Shown: piece by piece, positions 1-10,381 of the stretch
Position numbering within the stretch: position 1 is the first letter of the stretch
How the letters are laid out: every line of letters begins with the position of its first letter
DNA from: an uncultured Gammaproteobacteria bacterium
Lineage (GTDB): Bacteria; Pseudomonadota; Gammaproteobacteria; UBA9214
Direction of reading: 5' to 3'
Length of the DNA stretch: 64,000 bases
Assembly: GCA_963748215.1 (NCBI GenBank)
Contig: CAVVHS010000006.1
Coordinates: 339,259 to 403,258, forward strand
Position numbers and translations under genes: made by a program
The notes under the pieces: generated by a model
Database searches by the model: none
The model's input: only the letters and a program-made list of their open reading frames with translations
Told to the model about the DNA's origin: nothing

Positions 1-332
1 ATCGAGCTGACCTTGCGGTAACCGAGCAGTTGCATGGTATGGGCTGCGAGCGCGCTGCGATTGCCGGAACGGCACACCACCACCACATCCAGATCCCGCG
101 CCTCGACCAGGCCCCGGATGGTGTCCTCGTAATTGTATTCGCACGCCGCTTCGAGTATGCCGCGCGGGACATGCAGCGATTCCTCGATGTGCATAGCGGC
201 GAACTCGTCCGCCTCGCGCACATCGAGGATCAGCGGCCTGCTGCCACCGCCAAGCAGGTCGGCGACATCCCAGGGGTAGACCTCGGTGATATCCGGCAGA
301 CAGGCGGCGATCAGGTCGGTAAAACGCTTCAA
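1..332 (-). CDS. Rhodanese-domain sulfurtransferase (C-terminal part truncated by window edge)
   Basis: Minus-strand translation gives ...ILDVREADEF..HI.ESLHVPRG...VVVVCRSGNRSA, a rhodanese active-site Cys loop (CRSGxRS). Probable TTG start near 330; gene runs off the window at position 1. The track ORF 30..548(+) is antisense to it. Confidence 0.55.
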   Translation of the reverse strand, partial: MKRFTDLIAACLPDITEVYPWDVADLLGGGSRPLILDVREADEFAAMHIEESLHVPRGILEAACEYNYEDTIRGLVEARDLDVVVVCRSGNRSALAAHTMQLLGYRKVSS

Positions 333-344
333 GAAATTACCTGC

Positions 345-1019
345 TCAGCTGCTATCTTCGCTGTCGTGGTTGCGTCCTGTGCGCATGCCCTGTTCGACTG
401 CGATGACCGCGGCCTCGACCCGCGAGTGCACACCGAGCTTGCGCAGGATGGACTTGACGTGCAGCTTGACCGTACCGTCCGAAATACCGAGGTTGCGTGC
501 GATGACCTTGTTGCTCTGGCCTTCGGCCAGCAGTGCCAGTATCTCTGACTCGCGTGGCGTCAGCTTGGCGAACGGGCTTTCGTCGGGCGGGCTGATGCTT
601 TCGCCCTGCACCACGCGGGCCAGTACCGGCGCCAGGTCGGGCGCCACCACCGTCTTGCCGGCCACGATGTCACGCAATGCCAGCACCAGCTGGTCGGGTT
701 CCATGTCCTTCAGCAGGTAGCCCTGCGCACCGCTGCGCAGCGATTCGACCAGGTCGCGCTCGTCGCTGCTGGTGGTGAGCATGGCAACCGGGTTCTTGAA
801 GCCGCTCTTGCGCAGCTGGCGCAGCACCTCCATGCCATCCATTTCCGGCATGCGCATGTCAAGCAGCACGACATCTGGCTTGAGCTCGTTGGCCAGGCGC
901 AGTCCTTCCTGGCCGCTGCCGACTGCCGCGAGTATGTTGATATTGCGCCGGCTCAGCAGGCCCTCGAGGCCCTCGCGAAACAGGGTGTGATCGTCGACCA
1001 GCAGTATATTAAGGCTCAT
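345..1019 (-). CDS. NarL/FixJ-family response regulator (REC + LuxR-type HTH)
   Basis: MSLNILLVDDHTLFREGL...DVVLLDMRMPEMDG receiver domain with a C-terminal LuxR HTH (LTPRESEILALLAEGQSNKVIARNLGISDGTVKLHVKSILRKLGV). Stop overlaps the start of the upstream kinase (1016-1019). Confidence 0.85.
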   Translation of the reverse strand: MSLNILLVDDHTLFREGLEGLLSRRNINILAAVGSGQEGLRLANELKPDVVLLDMRMPEMDGMEVLRQLRKSGFKNPVAMLTTSSDERDLVESLRSGAQGYLLKDMEPDQLVLALRDIVAGKTVVAPDLAPVLARVVQGESISPPDESPFAKLTPRESEILALLAEGQSNKVIARNLGISDGTVKLHVKSILRKLGVHSRVEAAVIAVEQGMRTGRNHDSEDSS

Positions 1020-2572
1020 GATTTCGTACCGCCCGGCGTTGGATTCCTGATTTCAAGGGTGACGCGCGTTCCTTCACCGGGTTCACTTTCGATGCGCAGG
1101 TCGCCGCCGATCTTGCTGGCGCGCTCGCGCATGATAGTCAGGCCGACGTGTTCGCCCGGCGATCCGTATACCTGCTTGTTGATACCGATACCGTCATCCT
1201 CGATCAGGATATGGCAGAACTCGGTGTTGGCCCCACGGAGCAGTATACGCACGGTCTTGGCCTGGCTGTGCTTGCGTATGTTCCACAACGCCTCCTGTAT
1301 TATACGCAGGATCTGCGTCTCGGTGTCCCTCGGAAAGGTACTGGCTGAACAGTCTTTCTGGATATAGGTCCGGATACGGGTCTCGTTGCGGAACTGGCTG
1401 ACCATCTGCTCGATGGCCTCGACCAGGCCACGCTGGTAGGCCGGTGCGCGGAAGTTCGCGATCAGGCCGCGCAGCTCGGTATTGGCCTCGTCGAGACTGT
1501 TCTCGATCCGCTCGAGCTGTTGCCAGGTGGTGGATTCGTCGCCCTGGTGCAGGGTTTCGTCCAGCACGCGCACCTGGAAACGCAGACTGGCCAGCGTTTG
1601 CGCCAGCGAATCGTGCAGCTCGTGGGCAATACGTATGCGTTCCTCCCTGATCAGGTGCGCACGGTTCTCCTCGTCGTTGTAATACCGCTCGATGGCGACG
1701 CTGAGGTGGTGTGCCACACTGGTCAGCAGGGGCTTGATAGCCTCGGCCTGCTCGAGTAACTCCGTATCGAGGAACAGGTTGATCACACCGGTGATCCTGC
1801 CGCGATAGCGCATGGGGACCGAGACCAGCCCGATGCCTTCCTGTTCGAACAGGCGGCGGCCGGCGATTCGCTCGCACTTGTCGAGGTTCTGTTCGATCCA
1901 GATCTTGCCCTCGGTCGCGGCGCGTTCGTACAGGCAACGCCTGAATTCGTGCCGGTTGGGCAGCAGCAGATCATCGTCGATACCACTGCTGGCGCCGAGT
2001 TCGGTCTGTTGCTGGTTATGATCGACCCAGATGGCCGCGCCATGCGCGCGCGTGATGCGCTTGACCGTGTACATAAAGCGCGTCAGCAGGTCATCGAGAC
2101 TGTGTGCGGTATTGATGCTCGACACCACATCGTAGAGGATCTTGAGCGAGTCGGCCTCGAGGTCTGCCTTGTCCAGGGGGACGGGCTGCCGGCTGTTATC
2201 GGACGAGGTCATGCGTTTGCCGATGATATTCAGGTCTTCCGCCAGTTCGCTGAAGACGCGATCGGGCGGCGCGACAATCGGATCGGTATGCCGTCCGTCG
2301 CGCAGGCTCGCGGCCCAGGCCCTGATTTCGCGCAGCGGGTTGAGCAGGTTGTTTTGCACCAGCGTGGCGATCGACAGTATCAGCAGGAACCCCGATGCCG
2401 CCAGCATCGCGGCGAGCAGCATCCTGTTCTGGCCTTTCTCGAGCAACGGCAAGTCGATACTGAAGCAACCCACGGCTGCCGCGAGTATCAGCAGCAATAG
2501 CGCCAGGCGTGCGAACAGGCGGCGGCGTAACGTCGTGTCCTTGCCAGGGCCATGCGGGGTTCGCCTGTTCAT
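1016..2572 (-). CDS. Sensor histidine kinase, 2TM-HAMP-GAF-HisKA_3-HATPase (NarX/UhpB-like)
   Basis: Two N-terminal TM helices, a HAMP-like linker, a central GAF-like region, the HisKA_3 H-box HELHDSLAQTLASLRFQ and a C-terminal HATPase (DDGIGI...GLTIMRERA). Lies directly downstream of dsrR on the same strand. Confidence 0.8.
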   Translation of the reverse strand: MNRRTPHGPGKDTTLRRRLFARLALLLLILAAAVGCFSIDLPLLEKGQNRMLLAAMLAASGFLLILSIATLVQNNLLNPLREIRAWAASLRDGRHTDPIVAPPDRVFSELAEDLNIIGKRMTSSDNSRQPVPLDKADLEADSLKILYDVVSSINTAHSLDDLLTRFMYTVKRITRAHGAAIWVDHNQQQTELGASSGIDDDLLLPNRHEFRRCLYERAATEGKIWIEQNLDKCERIAGRRLFEQEGIGLVSVPMRYRGRITGVINLFLDTELLEQAEAIKPLLTSVAHHLSVAIERYYNDEENRAHLIREERIRIAHELHDSLAQTLASLRFQVRVLDETLHQGDESTTWQQLERIENSLDEANTELRGLIANFRAPAYQRGLVEAIEQMVSQFRNETRIRTYIQKDCSASTFPRDTETQILRIIQEALWNIRKHSQAKTVRILLRGANTEFCHILIEDDGIGINKQVYGSPGEHVGLTIMRERASKIGGDLRIESEPGEGTRVTLEIRNPTPGGTKS

Positions 2573-2614
2573 CCTGCGCTACGGGTGCGGCATACGGCAG
2601 GCAGGCGGCCCTGC

Positions 2615-2929
2615 CTATTTGCCGGGCCTGATGTAATTGACATCATTCGGATTCAGGAAGATCAATTGCCAGCTGTCCGGTTCGATTTCCACGTAATCCA
2701 CCGTCATGCCGTCAACCAGGATCTGGCTGGATTCGCCTATGACGATATCGATGTCCTCGACACTGAGCCGGTGATCGCCATCCAGCCGGTTGTCGTCGAA
2801 TCCCAGGCCGTAGTGAATGCTGCCGTCCGGATCGCGGCGAGCGGCGATGCGCAGCGCAAGGCCTTGCATATTGCCCTCCGCTGCGGCGGCGCGGATCTGT
2901 TCGGCGGCAGCCGGGGTGATGGTAATCAT
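2615..2929 (-). CDS. dsrR: DsrR, IscA/HesB-like protein lacking the conserved cysteines
   Basis: 104 aa beginning MITITPAAAEQIR, a HesB/IscA fold signature, with no Cys residues. Sits after dsrN as in Allochromatium vinosum dsrNR. Confidence 0.7.
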   Translation of the reverse strand: MITITPAAAEQIRAAAAEGNMQGLALRIAARRDPDGSIHYGLGFDDNRLDGDHRLSVEDIDIVIGESSQILVDGMTVDYVEIEPDSWQLIFLNPNDVNYIRPGK

Positions 2930-2972
2930 GATAACTCCTTGATGTAGACGGGCATTATACCCGATGCGGGAT

Positions 2973-4346
2973 TCATTTGCCGTGCCTGCGGGTGGCGCGT
3001 ACGAAGCCGACGAAGCGCCTGGCCCAATGGTGCTGACCGGTATCGCGCATGTGGCTGTAGCAGGCGACCAGATTGTTGAGGATCAGCCCGTCGTGCCGGC
3101 TGTCAATCCCGGTGCCACGCACCACCTCGTAGGCATAGTCGAGGCCGGGTGGAACGTTTTCAAGGCTGGAGTAGTGGAACTCGTGTGCGGCGATGACACC
3201 GTCCGGGTGTGGTGCCGGCCAGGGTGACTTGCCGGTCTCGAGCAGCCGGACGTAACCGCGACCCTGCGGTCGTTCGTGCATGACCACGTCGCCCGGTATG
3301 GCGCCGACCATGTCGCAGCGTGCGCCATTCCAGCTCAGGCTGCGTGCGAGGTACATCAGGCCGCCGCACTCGGCATAGACAGGCAGACCGTTTGCAATGG
3401 CGTCCCTGATCCGGGCCCGCAGGGCGCTGTTCGCCTGCAGTTCCTGCATGCGGCTTTCGGGGAAGCCGCCGCCGATGAACAGGCCGTCGATGTCCGGCAG
3501 CTGTGCGTCGCGCAGGGTATCGATCGGCACCAGCTCCGCGCCGGCGCGCTGCAGGGCATCGAGGTCGTCCGGGTAGTAGAAACCGAAGGCGGCATCGCGG
3601 GCAATGCCGATGCGAACCGTATCGCCGCCGGCTTGCGCAGGCGGTACGGGATCGAAGGCGAGCGGTGTATTACCCGCCACCGCGAGCACCCGGTCCAGGT
3701 TGACCTGGGCGGCGATCAGCCGGCTGATATGGTCGATCTTGCCGCGTGCCGCGTTATCCTCGTTGCTCGGTATCAGTCCGAGGTGGCGTTCGACGATCTC
3801 CAGCTCCGCGGCGCGGTGCACGCCGCCGAGCACCGTCAGGTCGGTGTAGTGTTCGATGACCGCCCGCAGCTTGGCCTCGTGACGGCTGCCGCCGAGCTGG
3901 TTGAGAATCACGCCGGCGATACTGACTCGGGGATCGAATGCCTGGTAGCCGAGGATCAGGGGCGCGATACCGCGCGTCATGCCGCGCGCATCGAGTACCA
4001 GCACCACCGGAGTCTGCGTCAGCGTGGCCAGTGCGGCATTGCTGTTGCTGCCGTCCAGGTCGAGGCCGTCATACAGGCCCTTGTTGCCCTCGATCAGCGC
4101 GATATCGGCATCGGCCGAATAATGACCGACCGCGGTGAGGATCTCCGCGTGGGTCATGCAATGGAAATCCAGGTTGTGGCAGGGTCGCCCGGCCGCCTGC
4201 CCGAGCCACATCGGGTCGATGTAGTCAGGTCCCTTCTTGAAGGGTTGTACGACGAGGCCGCGTGCCGCGAGCGCTGCACACAGACCGATAGTCACGGTGG
4301 TCTTGCCGGACGATTTATGGGCTGCCGAAATCAGCAGGCGGGACAT
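2973..4346 (-). CDS. dsrN: DsrN, cobyrinic acid a,c-diamide synthase (CbiA/CobB) homolog; siroheme amidase in dsr clusters
   Basis: 457 aa with the N-terminal P-loop ISAAHKSSGKTTV, a CbiA-family AAA domain and a C-terminal glutamine amidotransferase domain. Position between dsrP and dsrR. Confidence 0.8.
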   Translation of the reverse strand: MSRLLISAAHKSSGKTTVTIGLCAALAARGLVVQPFKKGPDYIDPMWLGQAAGRPCHNLDFHCMTHAEILTAVGHYSADADIALIEGNKGLYDGLDLDGSNSNAALATLTQTPVVLVLDARGMTRGIAPLILGYQAFDPRVSIAGVILNQLGGSRHEAKLRAVIEHYTDLTVLGGVHRAAELEIVERHLGLIPSNEDNAARGKIDHISRLIAAQVNLDRVLAVAGNTPLAFDPVPPAQAGGDTVRIGIARDAAFGFYYPDDLDALQRAGAELVPIDTLRDAQLPDIDGLFIGGGFPESRMQELQANSALRARIRDAIANGLPVYAECGGLMYLARSLSWNGARCDMVGAIPGDVVMHERPQGRGYVRLLETGKSPWPAPHPDGVIAAHEFHYSSLENVPPGLDYAYEVVRGTGIDSRHDGLILNNLVACYSHMRDTGQHHWARRFVGFVRATRRHGK

Positions 4347-4396
4347 GTTGTCAGCAGTCCCCGGGAGTGCTCCGCGTTGCCGGTCCTGGTGACGGC

Positions 4397-5611
4397 TCAG
4401 GCAGCATCCGCGGCAGCGTGATGGGGATCCACCTGGTCGTCGGCCAGGCTGACCGGCAGGAAGCGCAGGACGCGTGTGCCCACCACGGTGGCGGCGAGTG
4501 CCAGCGCGACGCCGCCGATGCCGAGCATGAACTCGGGCAGGCTGGGTTTATAGCTCGCGACGACGCCATCAAAGAAGGAACTGCTTACCTCCTTGCCGGG
4601 GAACAGTTCCATCGGATAGGCCTGGCCGCCGATGATGATGACGTACATCTGGGCGAGTCCGCCAACGATGACCAGCAGGCAGGCAATGCCGATCCACAGC
4701 CGTGACTTGCCGGCCGGTCCGTACAGCAGGGCGAGTGGCAGCAGGCTGCCCAGGCCGATCTGCACAAACCAGAACAGTGTGGTGTAAATGCCGCCATCGA
4801 GCAGGATGAAACGTTCCACACCGTGGTTTTCCGTGATGTAGAGGTTGGTCAGGTGGTAGGCCAGTACGAAATACAGCACGCCGGCGATAAATACACCGAG
4901 CAGGTTTTTCAGGCGGAACAGGACGGCATCGCCGAGCGGGCGTTGCGACCAGTTGTACAGGCCCATCAGCACGAGGATGAAGATCGCCAGTCCGAACGAG
5001 AACGACATGACGATGAACATGGGCGCCATGATGGCGGCATCGTAGGCCTCGCGTGCAACGAGGAAGCCGAAGATGGAGCCGGTACCGGTGGTCAGGATCA
5101 GGCGCCAGATGAACGCAGACATGCCGGCGGGCCGGGTGAAGTCGTTCATCTTGCGCTCCATCATCATCCACAGGTACACGGCGACGATCGCCATGAAGCC
5201 GGTATAGAGCATGATGTTCCAGGCAAAGATGGACTTGAAGTTGTAATAGGTCATGGCCACGATCAGCCGGTCCGGATGACCGAGGTCGAGTACCAGCACG
5301 GCCAGGCCGCCGACCAGCAGGGTAATGGCGAGCAGGCCGGACAGGCGCGCGAGCGGCTTGTACAGGGTCTTGCCGAACACCGAGCTGATGGATGCGACAT
5401 TGAGTGCGCCGGAGGCGGCGACGATCAGGAACACGGCGAACACGTGCGGCGTGCCCCAGACGACCTGGTTGTTCATGCCGGTGACCCAGTGTCCGTTGTG
5501 TTCCATGTAATACGCGGCACCCAGGCCGGCAAGTACGAATACGCCGATCGCGGCAACCAGCATGTAGAACGGCCGGCCGCCATCGATTTCCCTGTAATCT
5601 AGTGGTTTCAT
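4397..5611 (-). CDS. dsrP: DsrP, NrfD/PsrC-like polytopic membrane subunit of the DsrMKJOP complex
   Basis: 404 aa, about 10 predicted TM helices, NrfD-like. Start overlaps the dsrO stop at 5611. Confidence 0.75.
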   Translation of the reverse strand: MKPLDYREIDGGRPFYMLVAAIGVFVLAGLGAAYYMEHNGHWVTGMNNQVVWGTPHVFAVFLIVAASGALNVASISSVFGKTLYKPLARLSGLLAITLLVGGLAVLVLDLGHPDRLIVAMTYYNFKSIFAWNIMLYTGFMAIVAVYLWMMMERKMNDFTRPAGMSAFIWRLILTTGTGSIFGFLVAREAYDAAIMAPMFIVMSFSFGLAIFILVLMGLYNWSQRPLGDAVLFRLKNLLGVFIAGVLYFVLAYHLTNLYITENHGVERFILLDGGIYTTLFWFVQIGLGSLLPLALLYGPAGKSRLWIGIACLLVIVGGLAQMYVIIIGGQAYPMELFPGKEVSSSFFDGVVASYKPSLPEFMLGIGGVALALAATVVGTRVLRFLPVSLADDQVDPHHAAADAA

Positions 5612-6357
5612 CAGATCCCCCGGTAACGTACGCCGGTATTAAGCTGCAAGTCGGCACGAATCTGCTGCGAACTGTGCTGCTTCAGTGCCCTGGAAATGTC
5701 GCTGGCCGGATCGTTCAGGTCGCCGAACACCATGGCATTATGGTTTTCGGCGGTGCAGGCCTCGACGCAGGCCGGTGTGCGGCCGCTGTCGACACGATGG
5801 ACACAGAAGTTACAGGACTCGACGGTGCCCTTGCCGCGTGGTGTGTCCGGCAACTGGTCTGTCAGGTCTTCGTGAATGAAGGAGCGGGCCTTGTACGGGC
5901 AGGCCATCATGCAGTAGCGACAGCCGATACAGATGTGCTTGTCGACCAGCACGATGCCATCGGCACGCTTGAACGAAGCGCCGGTCGGGCAGACATCCAC
6001 GCAGGGCGGATGCTCGCAGTGCTGGCACAGCAGGGGCAGTGTCTGGGCATGACCGGTCTGCTTGTCCTTGAGCTTGACCTTGCGTATCCATTGCGCGTCG
6101 GTTTCCGGCCGGTCGAAGCCGGTCAGGCCGTGTTCGTCATTGCAGGCCGTGACGCAGTCGTCACAGCCCTCGGCGCATTTGCCGGAGTCTATCAGCATGC
6201 CCCAGCGTACCGCACTGGTGACAGCCTCTTTGGCCGGTTTTGCATGACCGATTTCGTGCAGGAACAACCCCGGTACGACGGCCATGCCGGCCGCTGCCCT
6301 GGCAGTCCCGCTGAGGAAGCGGCGACGATAGGTGTCGATGCCTGTTTCTTCACTCAT
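5611..6357 (-). CDS. dsrO: DsrO, periplasmic (Tat) 4Fe-4S ferredoxin-like subunit
   Basis: Tat motif RRRFLSGTARAAAGMAV and multiple CxxCxxCxxxCP ferredoxin motifs. The track ORF extends to 6552; the likely real start is the Met of MSEETGIDTYRRRFL. Confidence 0.75.
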   Translation of the reverse strand: MSEETGIDTYRRRFLSGTARAAAGMAVVPGLFLHEIGHAKPAKEAVTSAVRWGMLIDSGKCAEGCDDCVTACNDEHGLTGFDRPETDAQWIRKVKLKDKQTGHAQTLPLLCQHCEHPPCVDVCPTGASFKRADGIVLVDKHICIGCRYCMMACPYKARSFIHEDLTDQLPDTPRGKGTVESCNFCVHRVDSGRTPACVEACTAENHNAMVFGDLNDPASDISRALKQHSSQQIRADLQLNTGVRYRGI

Positions 6358-6805
6358 GAGCAATACCCTCTCTGGCCATGACATGCGGCTGGTCGGTGCT
6401 GCCGGCAGACACGGTCTGGCGCTGGCCGGGTTTGACCGGCCGGTCTGCGTGACACTGGAAACAGTCGATATGCACTGCCGCGTAGCTGTGGCAGCTATTG
6501 CAGAAATGCTCCTCGCTGCTGACGCGGGGTGCGTCAGGCGCATCGCTGACATGGCATTTGATGCATTCCTTCAGGCTGTGGCGGCTGCCGCGAATGCCCT
6601 CGTGCACGGTTTCATCGCGCTCGTGCAGGATGTATTTCATGTGGTTCTTGCGCATGTCCGCGGTGGGTTCCACACAACCCTGGGCTTCGCTGAAGCGCGC
6701 CTGGGCCGCGGGTATCTCCGGGAGCAGGGAATCACCGGCCCGACCTGGCACTGCAAGGCCGGCGGTGATTGCCATTAGCAGGATGATGAGACTGTGTTTC
6801 AGCAT
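6350..6805 (-). CDS. dsrJ: DsrJ, triheme c-type cytochrome
   Basis: Three CxxCH motifs (CIKCH, CNSCH, CFQCH) after a signal peptide MLKHSLIILLMAITAGLAV. The track ORF is 5'-extended to 6976. Confidence 0.8.
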   Translation of the reverse strand: MLKHSLIILLMAITAGLAVPGRAGDSLLPEIPAAQARFSEAQGCVEPTADMRKNHMKYILHERDETVHEGIRGSRHSLKECIKCHVSDAPDAPRVSSEEHFCNSCHSYAAVHIDCFQCHADRPVKPGQRQTVSAGSTDQPHVMAREGIAHE

Positions 6806-6836
6806 GACTGTGTCGTGTCCGCCATTTTGTATCCGG

Positions 6837-8807
6837 TTAGTGATCGCCCATGGCCATATCGATATAGCCGGTGGGGCAGACGTCCGAGCAGATATGACAG
6901 CCGATGCACTTGTCATAGTCGGTATCGACGTAGCGGCCCATGGTCGCCTGGTCCTTCTTGACACGGAAGATGGCATCCTGCGGACAGTAGATCACGCAGT
7001 TGTCGCACTCGAAGCACATGCCGCAGCTCATGCAGCGCTCGGCCTCGCTGACGGCCTGCTCGGGAGTCAGGCCGATGCCGCGTTCCTCGAAATGCCCCAG
7101 CACTTCCTCGGCACTCGGCCCCTTGGCGGAACGCTTGTTGCGCGGGGTGAACGGGAAGTGGCCAAGGAACAGGCGATCGGAGGAAATGATTTCCGAGCTG
7201 GAGCGGTCCTCGTAGTTGTGAACCGCGAACTGGGCATGATCGGTACCACGCATGTCGCCCATTTCATCCGCCTTGAACGGGGCCGGCGCATGGTTGGTCT
7301 CCTGGAGTTTCTTGAGCAGCTCGAAGTGGTGCACGTCGACCTTCGGGCGCTTCTTCTGCTCTTTCTGCTTCAGGTAGTGATCGATGCTCTCGACGGCAAT
7401 GGAGGCCTGACCGATGGCGGTGGTCAGCAGGTGCGGACGGATGATATCGCCGGCGACGAAATGGCCCTTGCGGCCCGGGACCTGGTAGAAGGCATCGGCG
7501 TCGATCAGGCCGCGGCCGTTGTCCAGGGACTCGAGCCCCTGGGACAGGTCGCCGCCCTGGCCGATGGCGGAGACGATGAGATCGCATTCGACCTCGAATT
7601 CGGTGCCTTCAACCGGGTTCGGACGTCCGTCCTTCATCTCGCACTTGGCCATCTTCAGGGCGCAGGCGCGGCCTTCGTCATTGACTACGACTTCGATCGG
7701 CATGACACCGTTCAGGATCGTGACACCTTCGCGCAGCGCGTCCTCGACCTCGTGTTCGGTGGCGGTCATTTCCTCGCGTTCGAACAGCGAGGTCAGTGTC
7801 ACCTCGGCACCCTCGCGGGCGGCCGCAAAGGCCGAGTCATGTGCGACATATCCGCCAATGACCTGTTCCGGACGGACTTCCTTGTTGATCTTGCTGATCT
7901 TGCCGAGGCGGCGTGCGACGGACACGACGTCGATGGAGGTATCACCGCCACCCACGCAGACCACCTTGTCGGCGGTGACCTGCAGGGTGCCCTTGTTGAA
8001 GGCTTCCAGGAAGGCAACGCCGGACACGCAGTTGGGCGCGTCGCTGTTGGGTACCGGCAGTTTCCGGCCCGATCTTGCAACCCATGGCCCAGAGAATGGC
8101 GTCGAATTCCTTTTCGATCTGCTCGATGCTGATGTCCTTGCCGACGCGGGTATTCATGCGCAGTTCGATGTCGCCCATGTCGACGATGCGCTGGCATTCA
8201 TGGTTGAGCACGTCGCGCGGGGTACGGTAGCCGGGGATGCCGTAGCGCATCATGCCGCCGAGTTCCTCGTGATCGTCGAAGATGGTGCTGGCATGGCCGA
8301 TGACGGCGCAGCTGGTAGGCGGCTGCCATGCCGGCCGGGCCGCCGCCGATGATGGCGATCTTTTTGCCGGTGAGCTTGGCGCGCTGCCTCGAAGGTGAAT
8401 TTCTTCTCGAAGGCGGAGTCGCCGATGAACTGCTCGACGGCGTTGATACCGACGAAATCCTCGACATTGTTACGGTTGCAGCCGTCTTCACACGGCGCCG
8501 GGCAGACGCGGCCCATCATGGACGGGAACGGGTTGGCGTCGGTGGAGCGGCGGAACGCATATTCTTCCATGCTCATGTCACCGGTCGGCTTCTCGATGCC
8601 GCGCACGATCTGCAGCCAGCCACGGATGTCTTCGCCGGACGGGCAGCTGCCCTGGCAGGGCGGCGTGCGGTGCACATAGGTCGGGCACTTGTGGGACGTG
8701 TCTTCATTGAAGATGTCGTCACCGATACGCGAATAGGTGTAGTCGCCATCCTTGAACCGACGGAAAGAGAGCTTGTCTTTTGCCATGTCTTCTTTTGAAG
8801 TTGCCAT
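6837..8807 (-). pseudogene. dsrL: DsrL (NAD(P)H:acceptor oxidoreductase, GltD-like Fe-S flavoprotein); reading frame interrupted by >=3 frameshifts in this sequence
   Basis: DsrL-like pieces lie in four different minus-strand ORFs: 8250-8807 (MATSKEDMAKDKLSF...), 8198-8491 (LTGKKIAIIGGGPAGMAAAYQLRR), 7942-8253 (MMRYGIPGYRTPRDVLNHE...) and 6837-8027 (C-terminal ferredoxin domain CIGCHICSDVCP). Frame changes fall near 8400, 8310 and 8050. Total span is 657 codons, matching full-length DsrL. Confidence 0.75.
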
Positions 8808-8857
8808 GCCTGTTCTCCTGTTATCTGATCAGGTGTTACCTGAGCAAAACTCAAAAA

Positions 8858-10348
8858 TTACTGTTTGTTGCCGAGCACGATCGCGTTGCTGACCAGCTGG
8901 TGCACGCTGACGATGCTGTCCATCTTGAAGCCGTAGTAGGGCAGGACCTTGGCGAACTGGCTCTTGCAGATGGCACAGATTGCGGCCATGTGGGTCACGC
9001 CATGGTTTTCGACCACGTGCTTCAGGGCCTCCATGCGCGGCAGGGCGCCCTTGACGCGCAGTTCCATCAGGTCGTCGGTCAGCAGGCCGCCGCCACCGCC
9101 ACAGCAGAAGGTGGCGTCGTGGATGGTGTCCTGCGGCATGTCGTAAAAGTGATTGCAGCTGGCCTTGATCACCTCGCGCGGCATGATGAACTGCCCGCCC
9201 GGCATCGGCCCCATGCGCGAGGCACGGGCGACGTTGCAGGAGTCGTGATAGGTCAGCACCATATCGTCATTGGCCGACTTGTCCAGCGTGATCGCGTTGC
9301 GCTGGATCAGGTCATAGGTGAATTCCAGATGTGCTGCGGTACCGGGTATTTCGGATCGAGGAAATCGAACGGCCCGGCCAGGGTGTTCAGGAAGCTGTAG
9401 GCAACACGCCAGGCATGACCGCATTCACCGAAGACGATGCGCTTTACACCGAGATCGAGCGCGGCCTCGCGGATGCGCAGCGACACCTTGCGCATGTTCT
9501 CGTAGCTGCCGATGAACATGCCGAAGTTGGCGGCCTCGCTGGCATGCGAACTCAGCGTCCAGCTGATGCCGGCCTCGTGGAATACCTTGGCGTAGCCCAT
9601 CAGGCCGTCGACGTGCGGCTCGGCGAAGAAGTCCGCCGACGGGGTCACCAGCAGTATGTCGGCGCCTTTCTCGTCCAGCGGCAGGCGCACCTTGACGCCG
9701 GTGTCGTCCTCGACGTCCTCTTCCAGGCCTTCCAGGGTGTCTGCCAGGGCCGGTTCCGGCAGGCCGAGGTTGTTGCCGATCTTGTAGACCTTGCCGATGA
9801 TTTCGTTGCAGTACTTCTGGCCGACACCGACGGAATCCATGATCTCGCGCGCTGCCATGGAGATTTCGGCGGTGTCGATGCCGTAGGGGCAGAACACCGA
9901 GCAGCGCCGGCACTGCGAACACTGGTGGAAGTAGCTGTACCAGTCGTCCAGCACTTCCTTGGTCAGGTCGGTCGCGCCAACCAGCTTGGGAAAATACTTG
10001 CCGGCGAAGGTGAAGTAACGGCGATAGACCTTGCGCAACAGATCCTGGCGCGCAACCGGCATGTTTTTCGGATCGGTGGTGCCGAGGTAGTAGTGGCACT
10101 TGTCGGTGCAGGCGCCGCACTTGACGCAGGAGTCCAGGAATACCTGCAGCGAGCGGTATTTGCCGTAGCAGCTCTTCCATCTTGTCGATGGCGACCTGCT
10201 GCCAGTTGTCGACCAGCTCGCCCGGGAAGCCCAGCTGCTGCTGGAACTCTTCCTTCGCCACAAACGGCTTGCTGTGCGCCATCACCCCTTCGTGAAGGGT
10301 CGGGATGACGGGATATTCTTTCAGCTCCGGTACTTCGAAATCAGCCAC
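8858..10348 (-). pseudogene. dsrK: DsrK (HdrD-like catalytic subunit, CCG domains); frame interrupted by 2 frameshifts
   Basis: N-terminus MADFEVPELKEYPVIPTLHEG in ORF 9425-10348; the middle (CVKCGACTDKCHYY ... GECGHAWRVAYSFLNTLAG) in ORF 9307-10263; the C-terminus (HDSCNVARASRMG ... CCGGGGG ... CAICKSQF) in ORF 8858-9424. Near 10180 the sequence ctgctAcggcaaa looks like a 1-nt insertion that is not in a homopolymer. Confidence 0.75.
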
Positions 10349-10381
10349 GCTCTGCTCCTGGTACGATCGTTATGCCGGTGG

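Noticed and set aside
30-548. 172-aa plus-strand ORF at the window start
   Set aside because: It is antisense to a clear rhodanese-domain gene (CRSGNRS loop) and to the regulator's 3' end, and its His- and Arg-rich composition is typical of an antisense ORF in high-GC DNA.
2973-4346. Annotating the CbiA homolog as cobalamin biosynthesis
   Set aside because: Its position between dsrP and dsrR, with no other cob genes nearby, fits the DsrN siroheme-amidase paralog.
4569-5657. 362-aa Arg/Pro-rich ORF overlapping dsrP, and other Arg-rich shadow ORFs (1194-1937, 3083-3369, 36327-37178, 10341-10901)
   Set aside because: These are alternative-frame ORFs inside confidently assigned genes. Their extreme Arg/Pro/Ala bias is the usual artefact of GC-rich off-frames.
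6498-8132. 544-aa plus-strand ORF
   Set aside because: It is antisense to the dsrL fragments, with no motifs.
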